Positions 10,663 to 21,111 of a stretch of 64,000 nucleotides of DNA are shown piece by piece. The notes under the pieces are model-generated. The model saw nothing but the letters and a program-made list of their open reading frames with translations. It was not told the DNA's origin and searched no databases. The DNA is from Gammaproteobacteria bacterium. GTDB taxonomy: Bacteria > Pseudomonadota > Gammaproteobacteria > GCA-001735895. The DNA lies in assembly GCA_024763505.1 (NCBI GenBank), contig JANTFI010000003.1, positions 784-64,783 on the forward strand, read 5' to 3'. Each line of letters starts with the position of its first letter. Positions within the stretch are counted from its first letter, which is position 1. Position numbers and translations under genes: made by a program.

Positions 10663-10956
10663 TCAGGCATTGTCCAGATACGCTTTAGCAGCATTCGAGG
10701 CCTGGCTGAGAGTTTGGTGTTTTTGCCTGGTTTGTTGCTGAATAGCCAACAGGCGGCCGACGATTTCGTCATTTTTCTGCTTAAGTAGCAAGACTTTGTC
10801 ATTGTCCAGCTTTGCCCCTTGCTGGAAGACCGATTCGATGATCTCCACCCGCTTGCCATCCAGCTTTGTGATGGCATCCCAGTTCTCGGCATCAATTTCC
10901 TGAAGAATCTGCAAACTGAGTTGGATGGCTGTATCGATCGACGGCGTAGAGCTCAT
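10663..10956 (-). CDS. FliT-like flagellar chaperone/regulator
   Basis: 97-aa helical protein sitting between fliS and fleQ, as FliT does in Pseudomonas/Vibrio. The call rests on position and size only. Confidence 0.4.
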   Translation of the reverse strand: MSSTPSIDTAIQLSLQILQEIDAENWDAITKLDGKRVEIIESVFQQGAKLDNDKVLLLKQKNDEIVGRLLAIQQQTRQKHQTLSQASNAAKAYLDNA

Positions 10957-10959
10957 CGA

Positions 10960-11355
10960 TTAACAGGCCGGTTTATCGGCTTGTGGGGCTATTTGCACCC
11001 AGGCAGATTTTATCTCGAGGATCAGGCGGCTGACTTCATCGAGTTTCGAAACATCTTTTTTCAGATTGGCTTCTGCCAGCGTAGTCACCATGTACTCATA
11101 GAGCCGGCCCAGGTTATTGGCCAGATCCTGACCCTTGCTGTAATCCAGACAGCCTTCCAGTGCGCCGATGATATTGATCGCTTTGCTGATCATTTCACCC
11201 TGGGTTTCGATTTCCTTGCGCTCCATCGCTCCCTTGGCCTGGGCGATTCGTTTCAAAGCACCATCGTACATCTGGGTGATTAAGGCATGCGGATCCGCAT
11301 AGGTTACTGTTCCATAAGTTTCCGTCGCTGCATAGGCTTGCGTTGGTGAATTCAT
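10960..11355 (-). CDS. fliS: flagellin-specific chaperone FliS
   Basis: 131 aa showing the FliS four-helix family pattern (YG..TYADPHALI..MYDGAL....A......GE.I..A..II..L...LD), immediately downstream of fliD. Confidence 0.85.
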   Translation of the reverse strand: MNSPTQAYAATETYGTVTYADPHALITQMYDGALKRIAQAKGAMERKEIETQGEMISKAINIIGALEGCLDYSKGQDLANNLGRLYEYMVTTLAEANLKKDVSKLDEVSRLILEIKSAWVQIAPQADKPAC

Positions 11356-11366
11356 CAGTTAAACCT

Positions 11367-13439
11367 CTAGTTGTTACGATTGGTTAGGTTGTCAAAACCA
11401 GGCAAACTATTGATTTGCTGGGTCAGAAAATTTCCGGTCGTCTGGAACCGTGCCACCAGCGCATCCAGTGCAGTGAATTGACTGACCAGACGTGCTTGCA
11501 TGTTTTCAATCCGGAATTCCAGATTTTCACGCTGTTTTGTAAGATCATCAAGCGCCTTGTTGATTTCAGTCTCTTTGGAGCTCAGTACTCCGTCGCTGTT
11601 CAGGTAGCTTTCAACCAGCGCGTCGAGCTGCGCAATCATGCCGCGGGCAAATTGCACCGTACCCCGGTCACCACTGACACCTCCGCGAACTTCAATCGAA
11701 AGTCCTTCCGGATCGCTGGTGCTGTCGATGGTCAGTATCTTGCCCTCGCCGGTTCCATTTACGCCACCGATAGAACCAGCCACATCCACGCCGCCCGTAC
11801 CGCTGGCCACACTCAGGCCGAGATCAGCTGCTGTATTGGTATCGATGCTATCGATCGAAATGGTGGAAGTTGAACCGAAACTGGAAGATTGAATCAGCAA
11901 CAGGCCATTGGCTGCATCGAAACTGACCGAGACACTCTTGCTGGCATCCTTGAGCAAACTGTTGGAATTGATTTGCAACTGTAGTTCGGTTGCCAATTCA
12001 TCTCCGGTTGCATAACTCCCCTGTGTCAACGTCAGGCCGCCGCTGGCGATAGCGTCTACACTGACTGCAAAATCATCGTTATTGGCATCAATGGTTAACG
12101 GAAAGCTATTGAGTACGGGAGCTGTGGTCAGACTGGCCTGGCTGGCAACCTGAGTCAGATTGATGGCATATTCCCCCACTTCGGTTGCGTCACTACTGCC
12201 ATTGAAGCCAATCAGGCTATCACTGGCACGACCGACCGGCGCAAACAGACCGAGCACGGCGAAAGAATTCTGCTGGACCGCGTTATTAAACCTGGCATCG
12301 TCAATCTTCAGTGTGCCATCGGCCTGAGTGGTAATGCCGATATCCACCAAAGCGCGTACTTCTTCAGAAACGCCCGGTACCGGCGATGTCAGCAAATTTC
12401 GCAATTGAAAGGTAAAGGTACGCAGCGCTGCACTGCCAGCCAGTGCGCCATCCTGACCGGTATCCGGATCCACACGGCCCAGATCATTGAGAGTCTGGAT
12501 CATCGAGTTGAATCCCTCCACCATCGCCTTGACCGAAGACGAAATCTCGCTGGTGCTTTCAGACACTGAAATATTCACCGTCGTAGTGGTTGCCGTATTG
12601 AGGGTCAGGCTAACGCCTTCGAGCACATCGCTCAGGGTGTTGGTGGAAGAACTGACAGCCAGCCCGTTGATCGTCAGATTGGCATCATCGGCTGCACGTG
12701 TCTGGGTCAGATTTTGAGCACTGGTGTTATAGGCCAGACTGGACAGTCCGGAAGTATCGGTATTCTGACCATCCGTATCAGTTACTGTGATTTCCATCGC
12801 CGAGCTGGCACCCGTATCATTGGAGTTCAGGGTCAGGCGGTAGCCACTGCCATCATTGATTATGGAAGCCGTCACACCATAGTCACCGGCATTGATCGTA
12901 TCCCGCAGGCCACTCAGGGTATTGTTACTGCTATCGACGGTAATCGACTGGATAGATTTTTCCGCATTGGCGGCAAAAGAGGAAAATCCCGGCCCCGTAA
13001 TGGTGCCGAAACGGATTTGCAATGTGCCTTCGCCGATAACCGAATCGAGAGCGCTATAGGCGGTCGATGCCAAAGACTGGCTGGCTGCAATATTGGATAC
13101 ATCAATGGCATAGGAAGCCAGTGCCGCATCATTGCTGACTGAACTCGAGATGGCGCTGGCATCTGAATTGACCAGTTTGCGATTCTTGAAACTGTCGGCT
13201 CCGGATAAACCGGCCAGACTGGATTGAAACTGGGATAACGCGCTGCGCATCTGTCCGACTCCGGACAAATCCGAACTGAGGCTGGATTCCTGCCGGTTCA
13301 ACCGGGATTCTACCGGCGCTCGTTCGGCATTGATCAGGTTGCTGACCAAACCGCCCAAATCAAGTCCGGAACCGATGCCTAATGAAGAAATTGCAGCCAT
13401 TTGAGTCGTTTTCCTTTGTCTATGAATGGTGTTGGCCAA
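11367..13439 (-). CDS. fliD: flagellar filament cap protein (HAP2)
   Basis: 690 aa with FliD-type N- and C-terminal coiled-coil regions (SSLGIGSGLDLGGLVSNL...; C-terminal LDDLTKQRENLEFRIENMQARL...). Gene order is fliC-flaG-fliD-fliS. Confidence 0.85.
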   Translation of the reverse strand: MANTIHRQRKTTQMAAISSLGIGSGLDLGGLVSNLINAERAPVESRLNRQESSLSSDLSGVGQMRSALSQFQSSLAGLSGADSFKNRKLVNSDASAISSSVSNDAALASYAIDVSNIAASQSLASTAYSALDSVIGEGTLQIRFGTITGPGFSSFAANAEKSIQSITVDSSNNTLSGLRDTINAGDYGVTASIINDGSGYRLTLNSNDTGASSAMEITVTDTDGQNTDTSGLSSLAYNTSAQNLTQTRAADDANLTINGLAVSSSTNTLSDVLEGVSLTLNTATTTTVNISVSESTSEISSSVKAMVEGFNSMIQTLNDLGRVDPDTGQDGALAGSAALRTFTFQLRNLLTSPVPGVSEEVRALVDIGITTQADGTLKIDDARFNNAVQQNSFAVLGLFAPVGRASDSLIGFNGSSDATEVGEYAINLTQVASQASLTTAPVLNSFPLTIDANNDDFAVSVDAIASGGLTLTQGSYATGDELATELQLQINSNSLLKDASKSVSVSFDAANGLLLIQSSSFGSTSTISIDSIDTNTAADLGLSVASGTGGVDVAGSIGGVNGTGEGKILTIDSTSDPEGLSIEVRGGVSGDRGTVQFARGMIAQLDALVESYLNSDGVLSSKETEINKALDDLTKQRENLEFRIENMQARLVSQFTALDALVARFQTTGNFLTQQINSLPGFDNLTNRNN

Positions 13440-13514
13440 CCGGATGCTGGCATGCTTTCGGATAACTTGAGGCCATCATGGCCTCAGTCGTTGACCAGCA
13501 ATTTCCGAGCCAAT

Positions 13515-13892
13515 CTACACCTCGGCGGAAAAGATAATACCTTTTAATTCCTCGATATTATTGCGAATCGCCATGACTTCCTCCGATGGGATTTGCCGAA
13601 TTACTTCCTGGGTTTTCTTGTCGATTACCTTGATGATGGCATCACCACTTTGTTTGTCTATGGAAAATTGCAGATTCCTTTCTACAGTTTGAACAATTTC
13701 ATTGAGCCGTTCTACCGTGTCGTCGATCACCGGTGTGGAACGGGTTGCTTCGATTTTTTCGGGTGCGGCTGTTGCAGTATCGGCCTGGATTTTGCCCGCA
13801 GGGTTTTGATCAGCTTGCTGGTTCTTCACGGCCGATGGCACAGACGTATTACTCACCAGAGTCAGTGCCGATTTGACGACATCATTTGCCAT
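13515..13892 (-). CDS. flaG: flagellar protein FlaG
   Basis: 125-aa protein between fliC and fliD with a FlaG-like C-terminus (LQFSIDKQSGDAIIKVIDKKTQEVIRQIP). Confidence 0.7.
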   Translation of the reverse strand: MANDVVKSALTLVSNTSVPSAVKNQQADQNPAGKIQADTATAAPEKIEATRSTPVIDDTVERLNEIVQTVERNLQFSIDKQSGDAIIKVIDKKTQEVIRQIPSEEVMAIRNNIEELKGIIFSAEV

Positions 13893-13902
13893 GATTAAAC
13901 CC

Positions 13903-13935
13903 TCGTTTCGTTGAAAAACCCCGGGGCCATTGAGC
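13903..13935 (-). terminator. rho-independent terminator downstream of fliC
   Basis: GC-rich hairpin (AACCCCGGGGCC / GCCCCGGGTT) followed by a U-run on the minus strand, directly after the fliC stop. Confidence 0.5.
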
Positions 13936-13984
13936 CCCGGGTTTAGTTAACGGGCCAAACACTATTTCAGTGCCATTCCTAAAC

Positions 13985-15505
13985 TTACTGCAGCAGTGAC
14001 AGCACGCTTTGTGGAGCCGCGTTGGCCTGAGCCAGCATGGCAATACCAGCCTGTTGCAGGATCTGGTTGCGTGACAGTTGTGCAGTTTCAGATGCAAAAT
14101 CGGCATCCTGGATACGACTACGCGATGCAGATGTATTTTCAACGATGTTATTCAGGTTCGAAATCGTAGATTCCAGACGATTCTGAATCGCACCGAGAGA
14201 ACCACGTACATCCGAGATACTTTGCAGCGCCTGATCGATGACATCCAGTGCGGTCAGAGAATTATCTACAGTATCCACTTCAACCGTGCTGACTGCAGTC
14301 AGGGTTGATACTACACCGGTATTGGCAGCAACATTGAGTACACTTCCTGCTGTATTACTGACACTGGAGCTGGCATTGAATGCATTCGGTGACTGGAATT
14401 TCAATTCACCAGCGACGACAACTGAATCCGCTGTTGCACTAGCGGCTGTGCCACCTGACAATGTCACTGAAGTAGCTTCTGCTCCACCTCGGACAGTCAA
14501 ATCGGAACCGGTATCGGAGTTGGTGTAATTCTGAATGCCAATATCACGGCCAGTACCATGAGACAGCGTCAGGGTTTGCCCATCCGCGCTCACTTGTGCG
14601 GTTACACCTGTGGTACCGGTCGCTTTATTGACTTCAGCAGCCAGTAGCGTCATATCACCCGCGGCTACCGTGGCACTTACATTAGCGCTTCCATCATCGG
14701 TAGAGATGGTAAATTGCGCAGTTCCAGTATCGGCACCGGCTACAGCCAATACCGCTGTGGTTTCTGCGGTTGCGGAAACACCGGTAGAACCTTCGTTGGC
14801 ATTGATCGCAGTCGCTACATCATAGGCACTGTCGCCGGCACTAACTGCGATGGTTGCGGTACCGATACTGCTGCCGATGGTCAGGTTCTGTGCTGCAATC
14901 GTATTATTGCCGGTAGCATCAGCCACCGCAGCAGTGGAGGAACCCGTACCCTGACTGGCCGTAGCATTGCTGGCGATATTGCCATTGTTACCGACTGCCG
15001 CATTGCGGGTATCATTGATTGATACACTAATACGGTTGGTCGAACTACTTTCAGAACCCACCTGATAACTCTGATTCTGATAAGAACCATCGAGCAGATT
15101 CAGACCGTTGAATGAAGTGGTATTGGCGATCCGGTTCAATTCTGTTTTCAGTTGCTGAACCTCGGCATCCAGCGCCTTTCGGTCGGTCGCACTGTTGGTT
15201 GCGTTGGCCGACTGAACGGCCAGCTCACGCATCCGCTGTAGAATGTTAGAGGATTCCTGCAGGGCACCTTCCGCTGTCTGCGCGACTGAAATACCGTCAT
15301 TGGCATTTCGAACCGCCTGGTTGAGACCGCGAATCTGTGAAGTCATACGGTCGGCGATTGCAAGACCGGCCGCGTCATCCTTGGCCGAGTTGATACGCAT
15401 ACCGGATGACAGGCGCTGCAATGACGTTGAAAGCGCGGATTGAGAAGAATTCAGGTTTCTCTGCGCGTTCAGCGACAATATATTCGTGTTGATAAATTGA
15501 GGCAT
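13985..15505 (-). CDS. fliC: flagellin
   Basis: 506 aa with a conserved flagellin N-terminus ([51 protein letters not shown]) and C-terminus (SVLSLLQ). The central domain is variable and Ser/Thr-rich. Confidence 0.9.
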   Translation of the reverse strand: MPQFINTNILSLNAQRNLNSSQSALSTSLQRLSSGMRINSAKDDAAGLAIADRMTSQIRGLNQAVRNANDGISVAQTAEGALQESSNILQRMRELAVQSANATNSATDRKALDAEVQQLKTELNRIANTTSFNGLNLLDGSYQNQSYQVGSESSSTNRISVSINDTRNAAVGNNGNIASNATASQGTGSSTAAVADATGNNTIAAQNLTIGSSIGTATIAVSAGDSAYDVATAINANEGSTGVSATAETTAVLAVAGADTGTAQFTISTDDGSANVSATVAAGDMTLLAAEVNKATGTTGVTAQVSADGQTLTLSHGTGRDIGIQNYTNSDTGSDLTVRGGAEATSVTLSGGTAASATADSVVVAGELKFQSPNAFNASSSVSNTAGSVLNVAANTGVVSTLTAVSTVEVDTVDNSLTALDVIDQALQSISDVRGSLGAIQNRLESTISNLNNIVENTSASRSRIQDADFASETAQLSRNQILQQAGIAMLAQANAAPQSVLSLLQ

Positions 15506-15607
15506 ATTACTATCTCCTGTGCTTAATGCGCCTTACAGCGCCAAAATGGTGTCAGAATTGAATCGGAACAGTCGCCTGCTCTTACATCTTTCATTCCCGT
15601 CACAGTC

Positions 15608-15636
15608 TTTAACGGCCGCTGCGAAAAATTCTTTAG
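15608..15636 (-). promoter_or_regulatory. sigma28 (FliA)-type promoter for fliC
   Basis: Minus strand reads TAAAG-N14-GCCGTTAA, against the consensus TAAA-N15-GCCGATAA, about 100 nt upstream of the fliC ATG. Confidence 0.5.
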
Positions 15637-15927
15637 TTTTTTTTTCAACTATTTTTACAGGTCAATTGTTTACAGGGAGAATCGTCACGCTGTGGCCCAT
15701 AATGACTTTGTCTGGAAAGGCAACCCGCAGCCAACAACGGGCCAGAAAGCACCCGCCAGTCAGTTTTGGCATGTAACCTGCATTAAAAACCAATAGCACG
15801 CGAACCCAACAGGTACTACTCCAAAAGAACGATGCCGAAACCTGGAATGACAAAGGAGGTCCACCTTGTTGTTTGTCCTAAATCACCGGCTGGCACAGCC
15901 TAATCCTGCAGCGCAGAGAGAAACCCT

Positions 15928-17982
15928 ATGAACCAGATCAAGGTGGTCACCCAAATTGATGTCAAGCTGCTTGAAGACGATTATAGAAATCAAACCTTTG
16001 AACAGAATCTGGCCTTTTTCCGTCAGCATCAGCCGCAATGGGCCAAACGCATCAAAAAGAATATCAACCAGCACTACAAGATTTGCCTCAACCCAGACCA
16101 AAGCCTGAACATCATTGACTTGCAAACCGGACAAACACTATTTCCGGACAGTCGAGACAAGATCGACGAATATTTCGAAGCGCAATATCGTGCCATGGAA
16201 ATCAATATCTACCTGCACCTGGAACATTTCGATGACAGTATCGAAGCCATCGAGTGGCGTGCGTTAAATCCACTGTATTACGGGCTGATGGAAAAACTGT
16301 ATGATGCCGGACCGCTGCCGGCGCTGATCGATCCGGTAACCCACAAACTCAACCTGATCAAGCATCCACCCGGTTTTTTACCGTTGCTACGAATCTATGG
16401 CTGTGGACTCGGCCAACACATTATTCATGCACTGGAAAAATACGACATCGCTACGCTGTTTGTGCATGAGCCGGAATTCGAACTGTTTTACTGCTCGCTG
16501 TTTATCCTGCCGTGGGATCAGATACTGACCATTTTCATCAATGACCCCGATCGCCATTGCTCGATCAGTTTTGACCAGACGGCAGAATCATTCAAAACCG
16601 AAAAGGCGCTGCTCGAAGACCAGCATCCATTTTACTTCCGTGCCAATGCACGATTGTCGGGCAACCGGCAGCAGGACTATGGCGAACTGATCCAACTGGA
16701 AAATGATTACGACAGCCTACGCTACAATATTCACAGCGCCGGCTGGTATGAAGATCAGGTGATGGGGTTGAAAAACGCATTACGCAATGTCTGTCGCGGG
16801 CTCAAGTTTTATCGCGGCAAGCAGATCAAGCCATTCACCCGGGTTTTTCTGATCGGTTCCGGCCCGTCGCTGAATGAATCCATCGACTATCTGAAGCAAC
16901 ATCAGCAAGACGCCATCCTGATCGCCTGCGGCAGTGCGATCAGTGTTTTGATTAAAAACGGCATCAATCCGGATATCCATATCCTGCAAGAGCGAACCTG
17001 GACGCGCGATATCATGCTCAAATATGCCAGCGAAGAGATCTATTCGAAAATCATCGCGCTGAAGCTGAATACGGTCGAAAGCAGCCTCGACGGCTTGTAC
17101 CGTGAAGTCTATGTGTTTCAAAAGGCCAAAGACCCCGGCAGTTGTTTGCTCGATACCGATACCTTCCCGGTGTCTTATGCGGTCAATCCGACTGTAACCA
17201 ATGCAGGTGCCAGTTTTAGTGTCAGCCTCGGTGCAGATGAAATTTACCTGTTCGGCATCGATTATGGCACGCGGCCTGAAGACGAATTCATGCATGCCGA
17301 AGGAACTGTGGTCAATCATGCCGATGAAGTGGACCATGACAGCCCGTACCTGCTCAAGGGCAATTTCAGCGACCATGTCATTTCGGATGAAATATTCAGC
17401 TGGTCGCATAACGTGGCCGAATTGCTGGTGGCGCAAAACCGCAACATCAAATGGTTTAACGTCGGCGATGGCGCTGCCATCAAGCATGCAAAAAAATTAC
17501 GCAGCAGCGAATTACCGCAGCAGTTTCGCCCGATGGCTTTTGATAAAAACCGTTTCGCCGATCTGCTCGCCGCCTGTTTCAGCAACGAATATAGTATTGA
17601 GGAAACCGCCAATCGACTGAACAACCTGCACTTGCAATCTTCCTACGATTATCTCAACGCCATTCTCGATTGCTTCGAATCTACCCCGAACAGCCGGCGC
17701 GGCATCATCACGAATATCACGCTAATCAGTCGTGCCGCCAATAGTGGTGTCAGCGAAGAAAGTTACCTGCCGCAGAAATTGTTTGGCGGCGAAATTCAGC
17801 GCTATCTGGAAAACGTTTATTCCCAGGTCGCGGTCACTCAAAACGATGATCAGGCAGTGGTGTTTTACAGCAAGGCTGCGGATATTCTGCGCGAGCACGC
17901 CGAAGCCGTGTTCGAGGATTTTCAACTTACGGTGGCGCGCATTCTAGAGCAGGAACTGGCATCTCAGCAGCCGTCGCATTAA
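15928..17982 (+). CDS. motility-accessory-factor (Maf/DUF115, MptE-like) family protein; a putative flagellin nonulosonic-acid glycosyltransferase
   Basis: 684 aa with FLIGSGPSLN...ILIACGSAISVL...NPDIHILQER, resembling the GPSL-containing DUF115 core of Campylobacter/Aeromonas Maf proteins. It is divergent from fliC and sits at the edge of the nonulosonate island. Confidence 0.45.
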   Translation: MNQIKVVTQIDVKLLEDDYRNQTFEQNLAFFRQHQPQWAKRIKKNINQHYKICLNPDQSLNIIDLQTGQTLFPDSRDKIDEYFEAQYRAMEINIYLHLEHFDDSIEAIEWRALNPLYYGLMEKLYDAGPLPALIDPVTHKLNLIKHPPGFLPLLRIYGCGLGQHIIHALEKYDIATLFVHEPEFELFYCSLFILPWDQILTIFINDPDRHCSISFDQTAESFKTEKALLEDQHPFYFRANARLSGNRQQDYGELIQLENDYDSLRYNIHSAGWYEDQVMGLKNALRNVCRGLKFYRGKQIKPFTRVFLIGSGPSLNESIDYLKQHQQDAILIACGSAISVLIKNGINPDIHILQERTWTRDIMLKYASEEIYSKIIALKLNTVESSLDGLYREVYVFQKAKDPGSCLLDTDTFPVSYAVNPTVTNAGASFSVSLGADEIYLFGIDYGTRPEDEFMHAEGTVVNHADEVDHDSPYLLKGNFSDHVISDEIFSWSHNVAELLVAQNRNIKWFNVGDGAAIKHAKKLRSSELPQQFRPMAFDKNRFADLLAACFSNEYSIEETANRLNNLHLQSSYDYLNAILDCFESTPNSRRGIITNITLISRAANSGVSEESYLPQKLFGGEIQRYLENVYSQVAVTQNDDQAVVFYSKAADILREHAEAVFEDFQLTVARILEQELASQQPSH

Positions 17983-18040
17983 GACTGAGCCGCGCCCCTG
18001 TGTGGCTGAGTCAACCTGGTCTTAGAACCGACCAGCGTTA

Positions 18041-19186
18041 TCATTGGTCAGCCAGCAGCAAATCCTTGATCTGAAGATGAAAGCGCCGGGTTTGCCTGGC
18101 ATATCGCTGGCGGACGCTTGCACGGAGATGCTCGGGCTGTCTCTCAATTTGGCGGATTCTGGATTGAACCTCCGCTGCAAAGCCCGGGCAGGTGACATCG
18201 ACACAAAAATCCTGCGCCTCCATTTCGCGATACAGTTGGCTAATCTGTCGATAACTTGACAGGCCGATGCAGGGCGTTTCCAGTGCCCAGGCACAGACAC
18301 TGGCATGAAAACGCATCCCCAAAACCAGATCGGCCTGCTGATACAGTGAAAAGGTTTTATCCTTGCCTGCTTCCCCACTCAGATAGGGTGCGACCGACAG
18401 AAATCGCCGCCGCAGCGGATCTCCAATTTTTTGCAGCAGCGCGGAAATGATTTCAAGATCGCGAAAGATATGCGGCACCAGTATGACATGACCGCCCTGC
18501 CCGATCAGTTGTTCTATCAGCCCTGCCTTTTCGCCGAGGAATCCGTCCAGCGTAAAACCATCATCGCCTCCCGGAAAGCGCACTTCCGGCATATCACCAG
18601 CTAATTGAATGAGGATATTTTTGCGTCCGGGATCGAGTTCGTCATGCTGGCGTTTATCCACTTCGACAAAAAACCCGTTATCTGGAAGATGACTGAAATA
18701 CCGGGCATACTCAGCCCCGACCAGCGTCTGCAGTGTTTCCATCGAGCCATCGTTGCGGCAAGACAATAAGGTGTTGGGCATTTCGATGGCGACATCGAGA
18801 AAACGACGAAATCGTTGCAATGATGATTCGCTAGCGCCCATCGCCGGATCCACGCCCAGTGCATTGAAGATCAGCGGCACCCGAATCTGCGCCAGCAGGG
18901 CCGGGTCGATATCGAAAGAGCAACCGCTTTGCGAATGCTCGACCCACAGTTCGAAATAATTACCGCCACCGACAATAACACCATCATGGGCATTGGCCAG
19001 CGCCACAAAGTCGACATCAAAGGCGCGCTGCTTCCAGTACACTTCGCGGATTTCAAATTCGTTATATTCCACATCCAGACCACTGTTGCGAGCAAACTGG
19101 CTGCGAAAACCACTGTGACTGGCATTGTCGCCGACATTGCCATGAAAACTCGCGACATGCAGCAATTTGAAGGCGCGCCGGTTCAT
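18041..19186 (-). CDS. polysaccharide pyruvyl transferase family protein (CsaB/WcaK-like)
   Basis: 381 aa with an N-terminal HGNVGDNASHSG, matching the G-N-x-G-D motif of the PF04230 pyruvyl transferases. It lies 4 nt downstream of the CMP-sugar synthetase gene. Confidence 0.5.
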   Translation of the reverse strand: MNRRAFKLLHVASFHGNVGDNASHSGFRSQFARNSGLDVEYNEFEIREVYWKQRAFDVDFVALANAHDGVIVGGGNYFELWVEHSQSGCSFDIDPALLAQIRVPLIFNALGVDPAMGASESSLQRFRRFLDVAIEMPNTLLSCRNDGSMETLQTLVGAEYARYFSHLPDNGFFVEVDKRQHDELDPGRKNILIQLAGDMPEVRFPGGDDGFTLDGFLGEKAGLIEQLIGQGGHVILVPHIFRDLEIISALLQKIGDPLRRRFLSVAPYLSGEAGKDKTFSLYQQADLVLGMRFHASVCAWALETPCIGLSSYRQISQLYREMEAQDFCVDVTCPGFAAEVQSRIRQIERQPEHLRASVRQRYARQTRRFHLQIKDLLLADQ

Positions 19187-19190
19187 TCAA

Positions 19191-19901
19191 TCAACCCTGT
19201 TGTACCAGCACTTTGGCGGCGGTGAGTAAATCCTCGGGCTGGTCGATATCGAGGCTGCTTTGCCAGTCCATTTCATAGCTCAGGGTTTTATCCGTCAGCA
19301 AGCGCTGATGCTGCAGGAAAAAGTCCAGTTCCACGATATAAATCGCGCCATTGGGATAAAAGCAAACCGGTAATTGCTGGCGGTTGGCAAAGGGGTCGTC
19401 ATCGTTGACCAGTCCGCGCAGATAACCCTGCTGCAATCGCATCGCCTTGAGTGGATGCTTGTCGGGCTGCACCACGCTGATCAAAGCATCGGCCTCGCTG
19501 TGTTGTAACTGCGACATGGCCGCATCGATATGACCGGCCTGACGCAGTGGTGAGGTCGGTTGCAGCAGCACCAGCCAGCGAAACGCCGACTGGTCGCTTT
19601 GAGCATTCGTCAAGGCTTGGTGGATCGCCGGCAAAATGGCGCTGTCATCCTGTGCCAGCCCGGGTGGACGCGCCACCACTTCGACCGCAAACGGCTCACA
19701 GGCCGCGGCAATATCGTCATCATCGGTGCTGACAATAATGTGGGAAATGGACTGTGCTTGCTGCGCCGCTTCGAGCGTCCAGTGAATCAACGGCTTGCCC
19801 GCGCAATCGGCTATATTCTTGTGCACGATTCCCTTCGATCCGCCGCGCGCCGGAATCACCGCGACTGCGCCTTCCTTGAATTTATCCGGCTCAATCGTCA
19901 T
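19191..19901 (-). CDS. CMP-nonulosonic acid synthetase (acylneuraminate cytidylyltransferase family; NeuA/PseF/LegF-like)
   Basis: 236 aa with AVIPARGGSKGIVHKN and LQPTSPLR cytidylyltransferase motifs. Confidence 0.8.
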   Translation of the reverse strand: MTIEPDKFKEGAVAVIPARGGSKGIVHKNIADCAGKPLIHWTLEAAQQAQSISHIIVSTDDDDIAAACEPFAVEVVARPPGLAQDDSAILPAIHQALTNAQSDQSAFRWLVLLQPTSPLRQAGHIDAAMSQLQHSEADALISVVQPDKHPLKAMRLQQGYLRGLVNDDDPFANRQQLPVCFYPNGAIYIVELDFFLQHQRLLTDKTLSYEMDWQSSLDIDQPEDLLTAAKVLVQQG

Positions 19902-21111
19902 TGCTCACCCGATGGCGCAATTGCCAGTCATCGCCCTGTTTTTTCCACAGATGCGGCGAACGAAAGCGGTCAACCACTTGCCAGAAGGTCGCTTCGTCGG
20001 TGTCGATATAATCGAGAAAATCCTGAAAATAACGCTGCGGAAATTCTTCATCATATTTGCGCACCAGATGCACCGCTTCTTCACGCGTGATCTTGTCGTT
20101 GCGAACTTCCTGCGCAGCATCATAGGTGGCACGGCCGATGCCGAATTTGATCAGCGTGGTGAAATAGTGAAACGGGTCGATACGGTCATCGATGCTGCTG
20201 TATTTGGAATACGAGCCTTCGGTGCGTTCGCTGTTAGCCTCGAAACCGGTATGCTCGACCGCGTAGTAATAGCATTCCTGCGGATCCCATTTCAGGTAAT
20301 ACCCCAGATAATGCACCTCGACCCCGGCTTGCAGCAGGGTCTCGCGGGCGGGCGGAATATAGGGTGCAAAATCCCCCTGGCTGAAGCCCTGTTCATCGAT
20401 ATAGTGCTGCATCGGTAAACCGCCGAACATCATGTCTTGTGGTCGATCAATGGAAAAGAAATCCATATTCATCAGCGGGTTGATGTTTTCCTCGATGGCA
20501 TTGCCATACTCGGCCTGGTTTTCGCCATACATCACCAGTTGCACGCCGAATTTCTGCGCCATCGCCGGACCGATAATGCGCTGGCCGATGATAAAGGGTT
20601 GAAACGGATGCAGCAGATTGTGAAACGCATTGCGCGTCATCAGACGGTGCAAGCGACCATTGGGCGTGTACAGGATATTATCCAGCCCGCCGACATGCAT
20701 CCAGTTTTCGAAATTACGAAAACCGATATCGGTGTACAGATGCGGCGACCAGGTCACCGTCAACGGGTTCATGCCGTATTTGTATTTCAGGATATGCGCG
20801 GTGTAGGCACTGTCCTTGCCGCCGCTGCCGGGCACAATCACATCGTAGCGGCCATCATTGCGACGAAAACGCGCCAGCAAGTCTTGCAGCTTTTGCTCGC
20901 GCTGCTGCCAGCCGATGCCGCGTTCTTTCTGTTCATGAAAACGACAGGCGGAGCAAATACCTTCTTTATCAAAATCAATGACTTGCTTGCATTCTTTAAT
21001 GTTACTTTTGAATTCGATAGTAGAGCTGGGGCGCTGATTGGAAATAACACAGCGCTTGCAGAATTTGACTTCGGCCGGCAAGCCGTACCGAGCTTCGAGT
21101 GTTTGAGTCAT
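19891..21111 (-). CDS. N-acetyl sugar amidotransferase (PP-loop ATPase; WbuX/PseA-like)
   Basis: 406 aa with the PP-loop VPGSGGKDS and an N-terminal Cys cluster (CKRC...CSAC). It is followed directly by hisH- and hisF-like paralogs, the WbuXYZ arrangement. Confidence 0.75.
   Translation of the reverse strand: MTQTLEARYGLPAEVKFCKRCVISNQRPSSTIEFKSNIKECKQVIDFDKEGICSACRFHEQKERGIGWQQREQKLQDLLARFRRNDGRYDVIVPGSGGKDSAYTAHILKYKYGMNPLTVTWSPHLYTDIGFRNFENWMHVGGLDNILYTPNGRLHRLMTRNAFHNLLHPFQPFIIGQRIIGPAMAQKFGVQLVMYGENQAEYGNAIEENINPLMNMDFFSIDRPQDMMFGGLPMQHYIDEQGFSQGDFAPYIPPARETLLQAGVEVHYLGYYLKWDPQECYYYAVEHTGFEANSERTEGSYSKYSSIDDRIDPFHYFTTLIKFGIGRATYDAAQEVRNDKITREEAVHLVRKYDEEFPQRYFQDFLDYIDTDEATFWQVVDRFRSPHLWKKQGDDWQLRHRVSNDD

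Noticed and set aside
16780-17487. 235-aa minus-strand ORF
   Set aside because: Antisense to the Maf-like gene. No SD and no motif.
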